From Squalus acanthias (lineage: Eukaryota), in assembly GCA_030390025.1 (NCBI GenBank), contig CM059433.1, positions 8,618,001 to 8,682,000 on the forward strand: DNA of 64,000 nucleotides, read 5' to 3'. Below are positions 61,250 to 64,000 of this stretch, piece after piece. The notes under the pieces are model-generated. The model was given only the letters and a program-made list of their open reading frames with translations. It ran no database searches and was not told the origin of the DNA. Position 1 is the stretch's first letter, and each line of letters opens with the position of its first letter. The position numbers were made by a program, and so were the translations under genes.

Positions 61250-62870
61250 TTCAGGTGGGTCTCGTCGCCAGCGCATCAATAAATATCTTTTGTTTGTTTC
61301 CACGAAGCATATTTTGCCTTCACAGGTGCCTCAAAGTCTTTGAGGCCGATTCCGGTCTTGTGATGCTAATGTAATTTGAGCCAACACAGTGAACATTGTG
61401 TACGCTGTGTGTGGAAAATGAAAAAAGGCAATTTTTACCAACACCTGCAGCAAAATCCCTGACATGTTTTCTCGGCAGTCGCACCGTGGATTCTGGCACC
61501 AGAACGCGCCAGCCGGCTTGAACAAGAGCTGGGAACTTGTATCAGTTTTTACATTTATCAATTTAAATGTAATCAATGCAAATAGAAAATGTTCAGATGT
61601 GGTTTTAAACTTCTATCCTATCAGGAATTCTACCGCGGCTGATCTTCTTTTCTGTGCTGCACAATTTATGCAGTACTTGCCCTTCATCACCATCTACATA
61701 TTTCTTATCACCGCCGCCAGGCCCCACAAAAATCTATTACAGTGAAGGAAAAATATCGAATCCCATTACTTTCAAGCCAAGTGGCTGCTGCCAGCATCTA
61801 AATACCCTTTGTGTTGGTAACCCATTTAGTTCCATCCTTTGTATATGGTTAAACTATTACCAAATGTTCCCTTTTGATCACCATTGTTCCTGGTGGCCCC
61901 CACAGCAAGCGCCGGGGCAGCCTGATTACGGGTCCGAATTTGAGGCGATCTCAATGCCGATTGTCCCAAAGCAGAAGTCAGTGACGGTCCACCGGTCGCC
62001 CGTTCGCTCCGTTAGTGCTGCTCATCCGTAGAAAGCAAGTGCTGCTGGAGACTGTTGCTCTGGCCCTTGGGACTTTGCCTCTTATCAGTGTGTTTGACTG
62101 GTTAATATTGGTTTGAAAGGTTGGGGGGGTTTTTTTGTCTTTTGGATATCTTTTTCTGCATCTCCTTCTTGCATTACTCCCTTTGCTGCTTTTTTTTTTG
62201 GACTGCCGGACTTGTTTTTTTCCCCACAAGAATCTTGCTGACAGCTCCTTAGAAGGCATAGTGCCTGGTACACCAGTCTTCCTTGTTGAATTGCTGGTGG
62301 TACTGCTAACTCATCATTGACACTTTCACCCTTTACTCTACCGTGGTTTTGCCATCCTGGTCATCAAACTTCAGGCTAAGTTCTCTTTTCAGGGCAAAGC
62401 TGTTACTCTGGAAACCCTCGAGGATGTCGCCAATCTGTCCAGACATCTGAAGTGCTGCTTCAAGACGCTAGGTTTGATCATTCTGGTCGGAGCATGAGCT
62501 TTGTTGCATTTGTAATCTGCGTCTGTCTGTGGTTGGCATATGGCAGTCAACTGCTGGCCGTGACCTGTTCTGCCAGATGCTCTTCATTGCTATTAAAATG
62601 AAGGCATCCTGCGAGTCTCTAGGGATGCAGGCATTGACCTGGTGTATGGAAGCGGCAGGCTAGAGTGCTGCGAGCTTTTCACTCATATGTACTGGGAAGG
62701 GCCAACCCTGTCAGTCGGGCCTGGAGATCAGCAAATAAGGAAGAGAGGCAGAAAACAGTTCACCTCATCAGTCCGTAAAGAGTTGCACGCCAGAATTAAA
62801 CGGATTCACCCACTCAGAGGTCACTGTCTGCATATGGGGCCAAAGTTATTTTTCAGCCCTTTCAAAGGTT
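61250..62870 (-). pseudogene. Possible decayed MULE/SWIM-type transposase
   Basis: Stop- and frameshift-riddled motifs in the expected order: LSG*IRLIL, CRFH..CLH (SWIM-like), a helical segment, a basic tract and CxxC..CxxC-x4-H (PHD-like). Confidence 0.3.
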
Positions 62871-62877
62871 ATATAAA

Positions 62878-63198
62878 AAGAAAAGAAAGACTTGCATTTA
62901 TATAGCGACCACCGGACGCCCCTAAGCACTTTACAGCCAATGAAGTGCTTTTTGAAGTAGAGTCACTGTTGTAATGTGGGAAACGCGGCAGCCAATTTGC
63001 GCACAGCAAGCTCCCACAAACAACAATGTGATAATGAGCAGATAATCTGTTTTTGTTATGTTGATTGAGGGATAAATATTGGCCCCAGGACACCGGGAGA
63101 ACTCCCCTGCTCTTCTTCGAAATAGTGCCCATGGGATCTTTTACGTCCACCTGAGAGAGCAGACGGGGCCTCGGTTTAACGTCTCATCCGAAAGACCC
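62878..63198 (-). mobile_element. DeuSINE, 5'-truncated
   Basis: Deu core and tail. Confidence 0.9.
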
Positions 63199-63199
63199 G

Positions 63200-63430
63200 A
63201 AGCGTGTTTGATGGCTGATGAAGTGTTCTGTTGAAAGGTCATCGAGCTTCTCCTTCAAGTAGCCCAGGCACAGAGGATTGTGGTAAAGTGAAGGATTCAT
63301 GAGCTCTGCTTGGGAAATAGACACCGGCTTGCATGACCATGTGTGATTGGTCACTGACCACCTGCACATCGATGGAGTGCATGGGATTGATACAGAGTCT
63401 GTGAAGGCAGATTTTCCTGGATATTCCCAG
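63200..63430 (-). pseudogene. Harbinger DDE transposase fragment
   Basis: MHSIDVQVVSDQSHMVMQAGVYFPSRAHESFTLPQSSVP matches the HARBI1-family HSLNVQ..CD.....PGS.HD.FIL..S motif. Confidence 0.7.
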
Positions 63431-63436
63431 GTAATG

Positions 63437-63885
63437 GTGTCAGCCGTGGCTCAGTTGGTAGCACTCACGTCTCTGAATCAGAAGGTTGTGGGTTTCATGG
63501 GACTTGAAAATCTAGGCTGACACTCCAGTGCGGTACTGAAGGAGTGCTGCACTATTGAAGGAGCCGTCTTTCGGATGAGACATTAAACCAAAGCCCCATC
63601 TGCCCTCTCAATGAAGCATATAAGAACCCGAGGCACTATTTTGAAGAAGAGTATGGGAGTTCTTCCTGGTCCATATTTATCTCTCAACCAATACCTAAAA
63701 GCAGATTATCCGGTCATGATCACATTGCTAAGTGGGAGCTTGCTGTGGGCAATTTGGCTGCTGCATTTCCCACATTACAACAGTGACTACGCTTCAAAAA
63801 AGTACTTCATTGGCTGTAAATTGCTTTGGGACCTCCTGAGGTCGTGAAAGGCGCTATAGAAAGGCAAGTCTTTCTTTCTTCTTTC
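63437..63885 (+). mobile_element. DeuSINE, diverged full length
   Basis: Head, Deu core and tail. Confidence 0.85.
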
Positions 63886-64000
63886 TTACAATGTGGGTGA
63901 CCTTCATTGTCCACCTTATTTGAACAAGCTGAGTGCGCAGAGCATTCCTTGGGAGAAAACTGGGGAATCACGCTAGTGCTCATCAGCATCATATTAACAT

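Noticed and set aside
1-64000. CRISPR arrays, operons, rRNA or other prokaryotic systems
   Set aside because: No regularly spaced repeat-spacer structure or gene-dense coding; the repeats are dispersed vertebrate transposons.

Overview
Eukaryotic, vertebrate DNA, almost certainly from a cartilaginous fish (shark/ray). The inference rests on the repeat repertoire: a HE1/V-SINE, many DeuSINE (SacSINE1-type) copies, CR1/HER1-type, L2 and RTE LINE 3' ends, Penelope-like elements and many PIF/Harbinger derivatives. More than half of the window is transposon-derived, and nearly all ORFs in the track come from these repeats. I recognise no known host gene. Notable signals: (1) a candidate minus-strand spliced gene with good splice sites and compatible phases (exons 59218-59375 and 57836-57917, with possible 3' exons at 49135-49333, 33244-33315, 28930-29177 and 2129-2480), whose apparent signal peptide is out of frame by one T; (2) two families of minimal hammerhead-ribozyme motifs in Penelope-like termini, including a ~209-bp fold-back insertion with a 13-bp target-site duplication; (3) a multi-layer nest of insertions in a long CR1 with an SGNH-esterase ORF1; (4) a solo-LTR-like element, an LF-SINE-like copy and decayed DNA-transposase fossils. 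Repeat boundaries were read by eye and are approximate unless a TIR or TSD is quoted.
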